Origin: the human T2T-CHM13v2.0 reference genome, Homo sapiens | Assembly (NCBI RefSeq): GCF_009914755.1 | Contig: NC_060928.1 | Direction: 5' to 3' (one strand) | DNA length: 64,000 nt | Part shown: one piece after another, positions 1 through 16,459 of the stretch | How the letters are laid out: each line of letters begins with the position of its first letter | Numbering within the stretch: the first letter of the stretch is position 1 | Program-made: the position numbers and the translations under genes | The notes under the pieces: generated by a model | Databases searched by the model: none | What the model was told of the DNA's origin: nothing | What the model saw: the letters and a program-made list of their open reading frames with translations, nothing else

Positions 1-1012
1 AAAGATAAAGATGCATAAAACATCTGAGATCAGCAAGAATAAAGAGCTAAAGCCTAAGAAAAACTGGGAGAAAGAGGATGGTAGAAGGTATACTACCATT
101 ATTGTTTGTTTGTTAGTAATGGACACAATGGTTAAAACAAAGATGAAAATTTTAATTTCAGAGAAGACAAATTCAGGATAAAGAAGGCTAAAAATGAAAA
201 ACAAAATACTCTTGCAAATTGAAGAAATAATATTCAAGTATAAATTAAGGGCTTGTGCATTGCTTAAAAATGGAAACACATTCTGATAAATGCATCTTTG
301 AGGTGATTTGTTGTTGTTGTGCTAACATCAGAGTGTACTTACACAAACCTAAATAGAAGAGCCTACTGTATACAGTCTGTACAGAACGTTACTGTACTGA
401 ATACTGTAGGCAATTGTATTTGTATACCTAAACGTATCTAAACATAGAAAAGAACAATAAAAATATGGTATAAAAGATACAAAATAGTATACCTGTATAG
501 GGCACTTACCATGAATGGAGCTTGAAGGATGGGAAGTTGCTCTGGGTGAGTGAGTGAATGTGAAAGCCTAGGACATTACCATATACTACTGTGGACTTTA
601 TAAACATTGTACGACTACACTAAATTTATTTCCTTTCAAAAATAATCTTAACTTACTATAATTTTTTTACATTATAAACTTTTAATTTTTAAAAGCTCTT
701 TGGTCTTTTGTAATAAGACTTCTTTATTGATAGTCTTATTCTATAATTTTTTTCTATTTAAACTTTTTTTTAAAACTTTTTAACCTTTTTTGTTAAAAAC
801 TAAGACACAAATACACACATTAGCCTAGGCATACACAGAGTAAGGATCATCAATATTACTATCTTCCACCTTAACATCTTGTCCCACTGGAAAATCTTCA
901 GGGGCAATAATAGGCATGGAGCTGTCATCTATGATAACAATGCCTTCTTCTGGAATATCTCCTGAAGGACTTTTTTTTCTAAATTAAAATAACAATAAAA
1001 ACTATAGTACAT

Positions 1013-1298
1013 GTTCGGACATGGTGTTCATGCCTGTAATCCCAGAAGTTTGAGGCTAAGGTGGGTGGATCCCTTGAGCTCACGAGTTCAAGACCAGCCT
1101 GGGCAACATAACGAAACCCTGTCTCTGCAAAAACCACAAAAATTAGCCAGGCATGGTTGTGCACATCGGGAAACTTAGCTAATCAGGAGGCTGAAGTGGG
1201 AGATCACCTGAGACTGACAAGGTCAAGGCTGCAGTGAGCCATGATCACACCACTGCACTCTAGCCTGGGTGACAGAGTGAGACCCTGTCTCAAAAAAA

Positions 1299-1316
<18 letters not shown>
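1013..1316 (+). mobile_element. AluJ-type SINE
   Basis: Dimeric Alu with J-type GGTCAAGGCTGCAGTGAGCCATGATC and GAGACCCTGTCTC, followed by a poly-A tail. Confidence 0.9.
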
Positions 1317-1350
<34 letters not shown>

Positions 1351-1362
1351 TATATATATATA
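1316..1362. repeat. (TA)n/(CA)n microsatellite at the Alu tail
   Basis: Directly visible TATATA...CACACA...TATA run. Confidence 0.95.
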
Positions 1363-1523
1363 GTATAGTAAATACATAAACTAGTAACACATTCACTTAT
1401 CAAGTATTATGTACTGTACATAATTGTATGTGGTATATTTTTGAAGGGCAGTAGATTTGTTTGTACTAGCATTACTACAAACACGTGAGTAATGCATTGC
1501 ACCACAACCATTAGGATGTCTAA

Positions 1524-1820
<297 letters not shown>

Positions 1821-2518
1821 ACAGGATGTCGAAGACATCACTAGGTGATAGGAACTTCCCAACTCCATTATAAACTTATGGGACCACCCTCTTATATGTG
1901 GTCTGTTGTTGACCAAAATGTCTTTACGTAGAACATGACTATACAAATAAGTAATTTGCAAGAGCAATCAATTTTTAAGGCAAAAGAAACTCAAAAGCAC
2001 AATAAACTATAAACTCTGGTTTATCTCAGTGATTTAACTTAACCTAAATTCAGCGACAATTTGGTAAGAAGAAATTGTTTTAAGGACACTAGTAGGTGGG
2101 AAGTAGGGGAAGAAAGCCAATGTTCCTTAAAATCTCAGTTCATTTTTGATACGATTTCTCAGTCTTTTTGGCAGTTTCCAAATGTCTTTTGGCAATTTTC
2201 AACACTCAAGACTACCCATGAAGAGCACATACTAAGTCTGCTACAAATAAGGTTGTTAAATGTCCCACAAGTTATAAAAACAATGTTCATAAATACTTTA
2301 TACAATAGCTGTGGGGTAGAATGAGTGTACAAAAGGGATAAGATGCCTGGCACATTAAAAACTTTTAGCACAATTTGACAATAACACATTTTAAGGTAAC
2401 TCTGCACATCTAACCGAACAAAACAAAGACAGAGAGTAACTAAGTTTATTACTCAATTTCCATTAGATTTGTGGTTCTTTTTTTTTTTTTTTTGCACTGA
2501 AAGAGTGAATGTATTAAA

Positions 2519-2780
2519 AATTCATTCACTCAACAAATATTTATGTATTTGGTAAGTGCCAGAAAGATAGGGAAGGGGAAAATATGGTACACACTTCTTT
2601 GTGGACACACACACATACACTTTGAACTTGGTGAGAAAAAAACAAGCAATTAAAAAATAGCATAAATGCTTATGATAAAGGAAACAGAGTGATTATCACT
2701 GCACAAAGAAGGGGGCAAATCTCAAACTTGGAGAGGCTAAGAAAGGATTCCTGGAAAAAGTGAAATCTAGACAACTAAAA
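2519..2780 (-). mobile_element. L2 LINE 3' fragment
   Basis: TTCATTCACTCAACAAATATTTA is the reverse complement of the L2 3' end; degraded L2-like sequence follows. Confidence 0.55.
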
Positions 2781-2829
2781 TGAAGTTTAAAAATATTCCA
2801 GGAGTTGAATCAAAATTAAGAATGTGTAA

Positions 2830-3270
2830 TGTCTAAGAATGTTCATTGCATTGTTTCTAAGAATGTAAAATGAAAACAACCTAAATATCCTTCAAAGATG
2901 TTTTGATACAGTTACATATTAGAATATTATAGAGCATTAAAAGTGAACGAACTATATCTACAGGCAACCACATGAATGAATTACATAAAATACTGAGCTA
3001 AAGAAGCTAAACACAAAATATATACTACATAATCCCATTTCAAAGTTTCCCAAAACAGGAACAAATAGTCTACTGTGTTAAAAAGTGAGAATACTATTCA
3101 TATTTTACAGGGAGTGGGAGAGATTAGTGACTGGATGGGGATATGAAGAGACTTCTGGGGGTTCCATTTCTTGATCTGGTGGTGGTTATAAGAGTATGTT
3201 CATTTTGTTCACTGAGGTGTAAGATCATGATCTGATACATTTTTTCCATGTAGTTCTATTTAGAAACAAC
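2830..3270 (+). mobile_element. Old L1M (L1MC/L1ME) 3' fragment
   Basis: GAATGTTCATTGCA...AAACAACCTAAATATCC...CATGAATGAAT...AAAGAAGCTAAACACAAAA, a typical L1M 3' UTR motif order. Confidence 0.6.
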
Positions 3271-3375
3271 AGTTTACAAAAAGTAGCAATGGAGCAGCAG
3301 CTACTGTAATCCAGAAAGAAAACAAATATGCAAAAGCCCACAGGCATAGTGTTTGAGAATCCAAAAAGAGTTCAA

Positions 3376-3543
3376 GCTGAGTGAGTTGGCTCACACCTAT
3401 AATCCCAGCACTTTGGGAGGCCAAGGTGGAAGGACTGATTGAACCTAGGTGTTCGAAGCTGCAGTGAGCTATGACAGCACCACTGCACTCTAGCCTGGGC
3501 AACAGAGCGAGACCCTGTCTCATAAACAAACAAACAAAAACCA
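3376..3543 (+). mobile_element. Alu monomer (FAM/FRAM-like)
   Basis: Single ~150 bp Alu arm ending GAGACCCTGTCTC plus a (CAAA)n tail. Confidence 0.85.
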
Positions 3544-5878
3544 AAAAGGATTCAGTGTATGCTAAAGACAATGCCTATACTCAAGATTATTGTGAGGATT
3601 AAAGGATATAATACATGTAAAGCATATACCTGGCATAAGTATTAATAGATAGTCAATAAAAGCTGCTATTATTACCATACTACAATTACTCTGCTACTGA
3701 TACGCTCTTTGACTGCAGTGCTCAAAGTAGAATGAAAAACGGAAAGGCTAAGGCAGTACAGAGCAGGTAGGCTATGCTGAGCTTTCTAAGCCATATTATA
3801 AATTTAAGGCTTTATCCTAAGGTCAATGGAGGAACCAATGAAGATTTTTATTCAGGGGTAACATGAACACATTTGAATTTAGAAAAGTTATTCAATAAAA
3901 GAACTTAAAAAAAGAAGTCAAGAAGAAAGGGGCTACCAATATTCTTGCAGAGAAAGGTTCAGTATAAAGAAAGAAAGAATGGAAGACAGAGAAAGGCACA
4001 GATCTGGAAATCAGTATGCAACTATTTTTGAGAACACAGCTCGTAAATTTTGCAAGGTTACACAGTTAATAAGTGACATCTACAATGTGAACATAAGGTG
4101 TTAACTCCAAGATCACAATTCACTACAAAATCACAATGAAATACATTTTATGGATTTTAATTCTACACAAATGGTAACAGGTTCATTAAAATAAAACAAA
4201 TTTTTTTTAAAAGTCTCCCAGAATCATTATACTTGTTACTAACTACAAATTATATACATATATGGAAATAGACAGTCCTATACACACATCTATATATCTA
4301 TGTTTATCTATATCCATCCACACACATATGTTTGTTTCTCTAAAATTCAGATTTTCCAAGGCATAATTTGGTGTGGATCTTTAATAAACACCCAAGACAT
4401 AAGTACCAAATTATCATGAGTGCTGACAAATACTGTAACACTAATGTGAAAACATTTTCATTAAGTTATTGTTATTTCAACAACCAAGTAAGATGAATGC
4501 TCTGAGGTCTTTCTACCCATTAGTTACATCACTGTTAATTTGGTGGCTCTACAAGATTGAAAAACAATGAACCACTGTTCAGCATATGCTATGGGTCTAT
4601 AATAAGCAATATCTTCTTTGGTTTGCTTCATGAATGTAAACTGTCAGATACATCCAAGACATAAACAATGCTTTCTTACTGGGTTTTAGAGTTACTCAAA
4701 ATGCATTTCATATACAAGGTGCTCTCACCAGCACCACTCCCGCCTCTCACAAAAGAAAAAAAAAAACCTTCTGGGTTCTAGAACTTAAATTTTTTGGTTT
4801 ATAACTAAACCATATAGCACAAACAAAAATAGTTAATATTAAGCTAAAAGCAACAGTAAGACAACATGTCATGATGTTAATACTTTTCACTTTCTGTTGT
4901 AAATTTACAACTCCAAGAAAATGTGTAATTTGGGTTTATTCAGATGAGAACATGGAATGAATTACAGTACATCAGACAACCAACATATAAAATGTTTTGA
5001 TAATTTTTATATTAAAAATTAAGCCAGAATTTGTTATATTGTTAAAGCTAGGTCACAAAAACATTGAGATTCATTATGCTTTCTCCTATTTTTGTACATA
5101 TTTAAAATTGTCCATGATAATTTTTAAAACTCAGCCCAAGTCTTCATATATTCTCTTGGGAAGGTATTCTCTCAGGAAAGCTTTTGATTTCTCCAAAGAA
5201 AGAGTAATCAGAGTTTGCATGGGGTTGGTATAAAACAGAACTGCACCAGTGAATTCACTAAACGGAATGTGGAAAGTGGCATCTCTATCAATCCCACTGC
5301 TTAAAAACAAACTTAAATATCAATTTAATCCCAATTAGCAACAGAAAAAGAACCAAAGTCCACAGGACAATACATATTTTTTTAAATCGCAATCTGACCT
5401 CAAGCCAACTTTTGTACAGCCATGGTTTCTGCCACACTGCAAATTTGGGGGTGCTATAATTTTCCAAGAACAGAATATATCCATATCTCCGTGCTTTTGT
5501 CGTTGGTGCAGAAGTCATTAAAGGTTGAGAGCAGAGCAAAGTACTTAAACAGATTTTTCTTTGCACCATGGAAGACTAAACTAGAGAGAATAAAAGGAGA
5601 AGACAGGAAGCCATATAAGAATTTTTTGCATCAGTCTAGGTAAGAAATGAGGCTGACTTCAACTGGAGTGAAAATAAAGGGAAATGAATGGGTTTAAGAT
5701 ATATTTGAAAACATAATTGGTGGATTGGCATAGCAGATGAGAAGGAAGATAAGTAAAAGATTACTTTCAGGTGTTTGACTTGTGAAATTTAAGGTACGTT
5801 GAGATAAAGAACACCAGAGAAATAGACTTTGTATTTGGTAGAGAGAGATCAAGAGTTAACTTTTAGGTATGTTACATA

Positions 5879-5939
5879 TTAGGTTGGTGCAAAAGTAACT
5901 GCAGTTTTTGCCATCAAAAGTAATGGCAAAATATCCTAA
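5879..5939. mobile_element. MADE1 (Hsmar1-derived MITE), right arm internally deleted
   Basis: TTAGGTTGGTGCAAAAGTAACTGCAGTTTTTGCCAT...ATGGCAAAA...CCTAA, flanked by TA on both sides; sits within an L2 remnant (~5610-6060). Confidence 0.85.
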
Positions 5940-6618
5940 TATTAGAATACCTGAGAGACATACAAGTGGAGAGAGATCAAGTAAGTTAAATATTGGGATA
6001 GGTAACTGGTAGGGAGATAGAGAAATGAAGATCAAGGAAGTGTTTTAGGTTTTAAGATGTAATCACTATATGTCAAAGCTACAGGGATCTAAGACCTACA
6101 ATTTTGAAGCACGTTACAATCACTCTATCAACTGAAAACTGACTTGAGGTGTAACTTTTCCAAATAACATTTGTTATTAAATTATTCAACATATCACATA
6201 AAAATACCACATAAAGTTACTCAGTTTATCTTGGATAAATTTTCCTGACAGAATAAGTGATCAAACCTGGGGGAGGGGTGCACCACACACACCAATAAAG
6301 TCCAAAGCCACCTGTGGATCTTCAAATGTTAAGAACGCAAGAATGCAAAGGTGCTACATGCATTCCTGCAGCAGAAACACAAGAGCTTTTGAACCAAAGC
6401 ACAGAACTTGTAAGTAGAAGGGAACTCCATTCTATAATTGCTTTCTCTGGGAAGTATTGGTGTACATATCCTTGCAATGACTGGCTTTAAGACAAACTAG
6501 CAAATAGCAATGTGTTGATCCGATTTCAGTCTATATATACTGACTCCACCTACCACATATACTAAATGAAAATACATGTATTATGTGAAAACATATTATT
6601 CATATATGGATTTCACAT

Positions 6619-9196
<2,578 letters not shown>

Positions 9197-10864
9197 CATA
9201 TATTATTATATTATATGAAAATACAATGCTCTATATCCTACTCTGGATAATGGTCCCATAATCCAGTTAGGCCTCCTAAACAGAAGCTTGGAAATGATTC
9301 TCTGTTCTTTCTCCTTTTTTCTGTATGGCCATATCTAATCAACAACTAAAATCCGTTTATTGTAACTCCTCTTGTAATAGTCTCCCCCTCTTCTCTGTTT
9401 CCACTACTACCCTCAAAACTTGCTTGGTCTATCTTGACATCTCCTGATTTGCCTGTTATATTCTCCATACTAGCAGAGTAATCTTATAAAACCACAAATT
9501 AAACTATATCACTCCCATGCTTAAAATTCTTCAGTGGTTTTTCTCCACCTCTAGTGTAAGTGAGTTAATTGCCTTATCTATAAAGTAGGATGAAAAATAT
9601 AGTTCCTGTCTTATAAGACAGTTATGAAAATCAAATAAATTCTAAGTATAAGCACTTAATGCCTAATCCACAGTAAAATAATTTAAAATAATTACTACTA
9701 TATCCTGCTTACATGTTTCTTCATGATTCAATTAAACAAACTATCTTTTCTCATTTCCCACAATCATCTTATGATTGTTCATGGACTCATATAAGGAAAC
9801 CTCACCATTCCCCTCCTTTATGCTACAAATTTAATACTGTATATGCTTCTATTATCGCATTTATCGTATTCTGTAGTCAGAGAGCCTTGTTTTCCCCAGG
9901 AGATTGTGCTTCATGAAGACAATCTAATACACCTGAGTCTCCTAGTACAATGCCCTGTCCATAAATAATTACTGAAAAAAATTATGAGGAAGAAAATATA
10001 AGCAAAAGGATTTTAGCAGATGGCCATGCTTCTTTCAACACTGAAAATACTATTATTCTTTATATAAAATAAAGGCAGCAATTTTAGAATGGGTCTGAGG
10101 AATGAGTAGGTCAGCAGAAACTCACTCTGACAGAGGATGAAAGGATCTGTGGGCTCAGACTGTTAAGAGTGAAAAGTTAGACAAGCAAGCTAATATGTAC
10201 TCATAGGCAAATTCTATTCTATTTATGTGCTATGCCAGAACACAAATACTAAAAGGTTAAGAAAGCAAAGAAGAAAAAAGTAATTATTGGGCTGATCCCA
10301 AAAGAGTAGTATGTAAAAAAAATACAGGATTTTACCAAGAAACTACTTTTCCATACCCTAAATTGGCACAGATAAGTACAAGGAAAGGAAGGTTAAAATG
10401 AAACAATTAGCTATATCCTATTAATTCATCTGCCATTCTTGAGGAAAGTTCAAAAGAGATGGAAAGGTATTGCTCATCATTCTTAGAATTAGGATAGAAG
10501 GTAACTTTATATCCAGACTAAAACTTAACACTGCAAGTCTGTGCCATGGAAAAGCCTTGCCCACTAACTCCATGTTCTCATCATCAGTTGTAAAAGCAAG
10601 AAAAAAATTAGTGGATATTTTCTCTGATTAATCCATCACAGGGGAATCCTTATCTCTGACACTGTGCATTCAAATACAGAAGTCCCGGTTCTCTCTCACT
10701 CCAGGACAGGAATAAAAGGCTGAGGAGGCCTAAACCCAGAATACTTTTTCCCACCCCTGAAACTCAAGTTCTAAAATAAAATGAAAACAGCACTACTAAA
10801 GTTTTAGATGTAACAATCTGACCAGAAAGGATGAGACTTGCTAATTTTTAAATGAGGTTTGACC

Positions 10865-11088
10865 TGGTATAGTGGTTAAGACTGGATGTGAATTCTACTT
10901 TTGAATTTGCTAGGCAGAAAGACTTGGGCAAGTCACTTAGCCTCTCTAAGCCTGAATTTTCTCATTTGTAAAATGAAGATAAAAATTGTACTATTTCATA
11001 TGGAAAATTATATGTGATAATACATATAAAAACTTAGAATCTGCCTAACACACGGTAAGCACTCAATAAATATTATCTATCATTATTT
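10865..11088 (+). mobile_element. MIR SINE
   Basis: MIR core GACTTGGGCAAGTCACTTAGCCTCTCTAAGCCT...CTCATTTGTAAAATG and 3' GTAAGCACTCAATAAAT. Confidence 0.85.
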
Positions 11089-11209
11089 CAAGGGGCAATT
11101 CTTGGTGCTGGGAAATCTGTAAGACAACATGTATATTACTAACTATGGTAGTTAGGGCTGAAAGTGATTAATTCACAAGAACATACGTAGACTAATGACA
11201 CTGTTTTTA

Positions 11210-12350
11210 AATACTTTTATGTTTTAACAATCTTTAACTTAAAAGTTTTAAGTATAGTAAGGAAGACCTTTATCTTCCCAACCATTTGAGAGTAAATGTC
11301 TACATAATGACCCACCACTCTTGAATTCCTAGTATTTCCCAATTCTCTCACAAAAACAACCATTAAAATCAGGAAATTAACGGTAATACACTATGCTCAC
11401 TGCTACCGTACTGCCACTGCTCCTAAGCCCCTTCTCAATGACCAGTATAGGGCATGTGTATGTATACATACACATACATTTCTATATCTATATATGATGA
11501 AAACCATGAGTTCGCACAAGTACTTCATTTCCTATCCAACACTACAGACAGCATTCTAATTTTCCCTACTTTCATATTAGTAAATCCCTTCTCAGACAAT
11601 GAGAAGCCTGGCTCCCATTATTCTTAATACTGATCAATCTTCATGTACGTAACCAATCTCCCACTGTAGCTGTCTCTTTCCCTACACGGACACCCTCCTC
11701 ACCTCTCTTGGCCCCAAAATCCCTACCCCATGTATATAATCTCCTTACCCTGTTCAGGTCCCTATTCCTCATGCCTGGCATCCCTCCTACAAGAATATCC
11801 TCCCTACCCTGCTCAGGCTATGAAATCCCATATTGTACCGAGCTCCACTGAGAGGCCTTCCTCCCTTTACCCTCAGGCTCTAATACCTTGGACTCAGATA
11901 CCTCTATGTATGGACTCCCTCCTCATCTCACTTGAGCCTTAATATACCTACACCAGGCTGCAATCCTACATGGGTCACTCCCTACCCCCTGGTATCTACT
12001 GGGGCCCTGAGAGCTCATGCAGGATGACATCCCACCCCAAGTAGATGTCCTCCTTGCTGGGACCAGCTGACCTTCCCCCATACCAGGCCACTCTCCTTCA
12101 CAGATACCATATCACCCTGCTTGGGCTCCAATACCCTGCCTTAGCATGCCTTCCAATGGAGAGGTGCTCCTTACCCTTCATTCCATCAACCCCCATGGAC
12201 ACCCTCCTCACCCTATAAGGTTCTGAGATCCCACTCCTCTTACATGACGATGTGGCTCTGCCTCCCACGCACCCCACCCAGTGTGGATACCTACCCTTGT
12301 TTTCTCCCACTTGATGTTTTAGTACTGAGCTGTTCAGAAAGGGAGGAGGA
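11210..12350 (-). mobile_element. Old L1M (L1MC4/5-like) 3' region containing a degenerate tandem array
   Basis: AAAATCAGGAAATTAAC, CCATGAGTTC and GAGAAGCCTGGCTCCCATTAT motifs recalled from L1MC 3' UTRs. Confidence 0.5.
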
Positions 12351-12657
12351 AGAAGACATTGAAGAACAATTAATTATATTTTAAAAAAAGAGACACCAGT
12401 GAATAAACTGTGTAAGCACCTATAATCAGAGCTAATTAAAACAACAATCTATTTGTCAGAGTACCTGCTTTTTTTCCATGTAAACAGTGCTCTATTCTTT
12501 TACACTAATTCCTTCTAAGTTTAAAAAGTTAATTGAAAATTATAATACAGAAGAGAGCACTGGGTTTCCTTCTAACCAAACATGCATTTTACTTAAGTAT
12601 CTTACATAGGCCTGTGGAAAATCTAGTTAATTTAAAAAGAAGAAAAAACCCTACTAA

Positions 12658-13102
<445 letters not shown>

Positions 13103-13997
13103 ATAACATATTTTTTAAAATATCCAGAACAAGTAAATTTGACTTGTTTTCAGAATATTAACAGTTGTATTGTTTCCAGTATACTTACCCCCAGATACAA
13201 CCCTGCAAAAATTAACAGCCATGATTGTTACAATACCTTTCCCTTGCTCCTGGTTTCTATGAGGAAGGATGCATCAAAAGCACAACCTGAGCCTCTTTTT
13301 ACCCTTAGCTAGTAAAGTGAATTATCCGATTGGTGATTCTGGATTTGAGGAAGAGCTCAGTTCTATTCCTCTTGCCCCTGGGGTTGAGCTTTCAAAGGAG
13401 AACAAACCTCCAAAGACTCATATTCAGCTCTGCTTCTCTACTGAGCCTAGGACTGGATGGATAAGTCAGCCTATGCCAGACCACCTGACTCCCCCATCAA
13501 GCTATTCCTCTAACCTGGCCTGTATCGGTAATAGAAAGATTATTTTGGCTTCCATCTTTCTCCTTGTTTTATTTCTCAAGTTGTTCAGAGCCCAAGCAGA
13601 ATGTCTTAATACATTCAAGTGAATGAAGACTGCTCATTTTCCCAGTTTTGATTTAAAAGGGCTGCTTTAATTTGAGCTTCTTAAAACTATTGCAAACAAA
13701 AAGCCCTCAAACCTGCACCAACAACAGATGTTCCAAATGAAAATAAGCTGACTTATCTGATCATGCTTATTACCCATTTTAAAAAAAAAAAAAAAACAAC
13801 TTCAAAGGCTTACAATTTCCTCCTTGTAGAAGCTATAATTTATACTTCCAGTCCTACTTTCTGCTGCTAACCTATAAACCAATGGCACTGTAATGCTAAA
13901 TATTTTCAGAATATATCATTATTTATACTTAAATATATTTGCTTATACTATCTCTGCCCATTCCCTCCACTCTACTTTCCTGCTGTATCCTTTATCC

Positions 13998-14202
13998 CAG
14001 AGATCAGCAAACTATGGTTTATAGGCCAAATCCACCTATTTTTATAAATAAATGTTACTGAAACGCAGCCATGCTTATTAATTTATGTCTTTCTTTTGGA
14101 CTACAACAGTGGAGGTGAGTAGCTGCAATAGAGACCAGATGGCCCACAAAGCCTAAAACATTTACTGTCTGGCCCTTTAGAGAAAAAGTTTGCCAATCCT
14201 TG
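13998..14202 (+). mobile_element. MER58A (hAT-Charlie)
   Basis: CAGAGATCAGCAAACT...GGCCCACAAAGCCTAAAACATTTACTGTCTGGCCCTTTAGAGAAAAAGTTTGCCAATCCTTG, with terminal inverted repeats. Confidence 0.85.
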
Positions 14203-15224
14203 CTTTCCCTCAATGTTTTGAAGCCTAGTCATTTTGAATCCTTCAAGTCAAAATTAATTGTTCCCACTTCTGTCTTTCCATTACATTACACCAAGTCTAA
14301 TATTTAACATCCCTGATCACTGTGAACTCTTTAAAAGCAAGGTAAATCCTACTCCTGTGTAAACAGTAAGCTTTTTGAACCACACCACAGTTCCTGTCTT
14401 TTCCATAAAATAGAACTCCCACAAACACTTTTCACATTCTTGGGGGAAGTACTTTGGAAGAAACTTGGCTCTTTTCTCTACTACTTATTCAGTTCTCCCA
14501 AAAGAAGGAAGAATAACTAATATTGGCAACATCCTTACAGTTGGTCCCTAGTGGGATGGATTAATGTTTTAAAAGTCATTTTTCATTCACGGCCAAGCCT
14601 CCTGCTCACTCCTACCAACAAGCATGGTAAACTCACTAGGGTACAGCTTCCTTGTATTTTAAGACGCCTGCAGCTCCAGCTGTACTGTCTTTGATAGGCT
14701 GATAAGTTCAATTCAGGGAGTCAGGCAGTAGGGCAATCTAATGTCTAATTTTGGCCTCAGTTCCAAGCCAAGTTCCTCAATGCAACCTTACCATTTTAAA
14801 AAGCTAATATTTTGATTTTTTATTCCAAAGTCTATTTCTAGTTCAGAATCCAGTAAAGAAGAAACATAAAATTATACCCCCAAGCAATGGTCACACGTAG
14901 GACTCAAGATAAATGATGACTGACAACAGTAAATTAATTGTAGAAAAAAACATTCTTTTAAAATGTGTAATGCACCAATGTTACACATACCACATCTCAG
15001 TAACTTGATTAGGAAACTTTTTTGAAGGGGAAAAAAAAATACATGTAGAATCCATACTAAGAGATTAAAACCAACTCTATCCCATTTCTTTATCTAATAT
15101 ATTTGCCTCAGTATTTTGTTACTATCAGCTCTCAGCTTAATGAAATTAACATATAAAAGAATCATGGTTATCACTGATACAGAAAAGTATTCCCCATCTT
15201 ACTAAGTATGGTAAATGGTAACGC

Positions 15225-15795
15225 CCATCTAAAAAACAAATATCCCTAGACCCCAGATGTCTCCAATTACTGCTGTATTTATCAGTTCTTCCTCAAAATA
15301 TAGCTCTTAAATTAGTTTACGACAAATGTTATCTCCACTTGCACATATCTTAATTACTTTCTAACCTATTATAATATGGCTGCCATCTCCCTCACTACTG
15401 AAATTTATCTAGTCAAGGTCACCTAGAGCCAAAAACAATGTACACTTCCCTGTTTCATGGTACTTGACATCTCATCAACACGTAACAATCCCTCCTTATT
15501 GTAATATTTTTCTCTCTCCTCTTGGATTTGGTAATACCACTCCCTCCTGGTTTTACTCTTCAGCCAGTGACCTTACTTTGAGGTTTCTCTTCTTCTGCCC
15601 AAGGAAGGCTAAGATTCCTTAAGGTGTGGTACTGAGTCACCTACTAGTTATACTATCTAAACTATCTCTGATATACTCAAGTTATACTCTAGATATACTG
15701 TCCCCTATTCCTAAGTAATCTCATCTATTTCTGTGGATTTAAATATCATCTTTATGCTGGTAATTTTCTAATTTATACCTTCAGCCCAGATACTA
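15225..15795 (+). mobile_element. L2 LINE fragment
   Basis: GTCAAGGTCACC, ACCACTCCCTCCTGGTTTT and TTTAAATATCATCTTTATGCTG motifs of the L2 RT region. Confidence 0.65.
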
Positions 15796-16168
15796 CTACT
15801 ACATAAATATTATAGCATCTTTCATAGGAATAAAAATGGCAAACATTTGAGGACAGATATTATCCCAGTTTCATAGGTTTCCATCTGTAAAAAGTGGAAT
15901 GATTTGTGCCTAATGTTACAATGATAGGGGCTAAGAAGAAACTGGGTTATTTCCATTAAGTCCTTTCTACCACTTGTGAGGACTTATTAGTTACTGTCAC
16001 TAAACAGTTTATAATTTAAACATGAAGACTACTGGACAAAATTACGTCCTATGTGCACACCTTGCACATACTAGTCAGAAAAGAATTGGCCAATTTGAAT
16101 TAATGGAGAAAGCTCTTAAATTTGCTTTTCAATAAATACTTTAGAAAAGCCTCTAGGTTGCAGTTGAA

Positions 16169-16459
16169 TTTTTTTTTTTTTTCGGAGTCTTGGTCTGTCA
16201 CCTAGGCTGGAGTACAGTTGCATGATCTCATGCACTGCAACCTCCGCCTCCCGGGTTCAAGCGATTCTTGTGCCTCAGCCTCCCGAGTAGCTGGGACTAC
16301 AGGAATGTGCCACCATGCCCAGCTAATTTTTGTATTTTTATTAGAGATGGGGTTGTGTCATCTTGGCAAGGCTGGTCTCCAACTCCTGGGCTCAAGTGAT
16401 CCGCCTGCCTCAGTCTCCCAAAGTGCTAGGATTACAGGGATGGGCCACCGTGCCCGGCC
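16169..16459 (-). mobile_element. AluJb-like SINE
   Basis: CTCCTGGGCTCAAGTGATCC; TSD TGCA(G/A)TT(G/T)AATTTT. Confidence 0.88.

Noticed and set aside
13189-13202. Possible 14-nt minus-strand micro-exon (TTTTTGCAG|GGTTGTATCTGGGG|GTAAGT)
   Set aside because: The donor is strong, but the pyrimidine tract is short, the length is frame-shifting and there is no other support. Such pairs arise by chance in long introns.
13269-13622. 117-aa ATG-initiated plus-strand ORF
   Set aside because: No recognisable homology, antisense to the intron, and no promoter or splice context.
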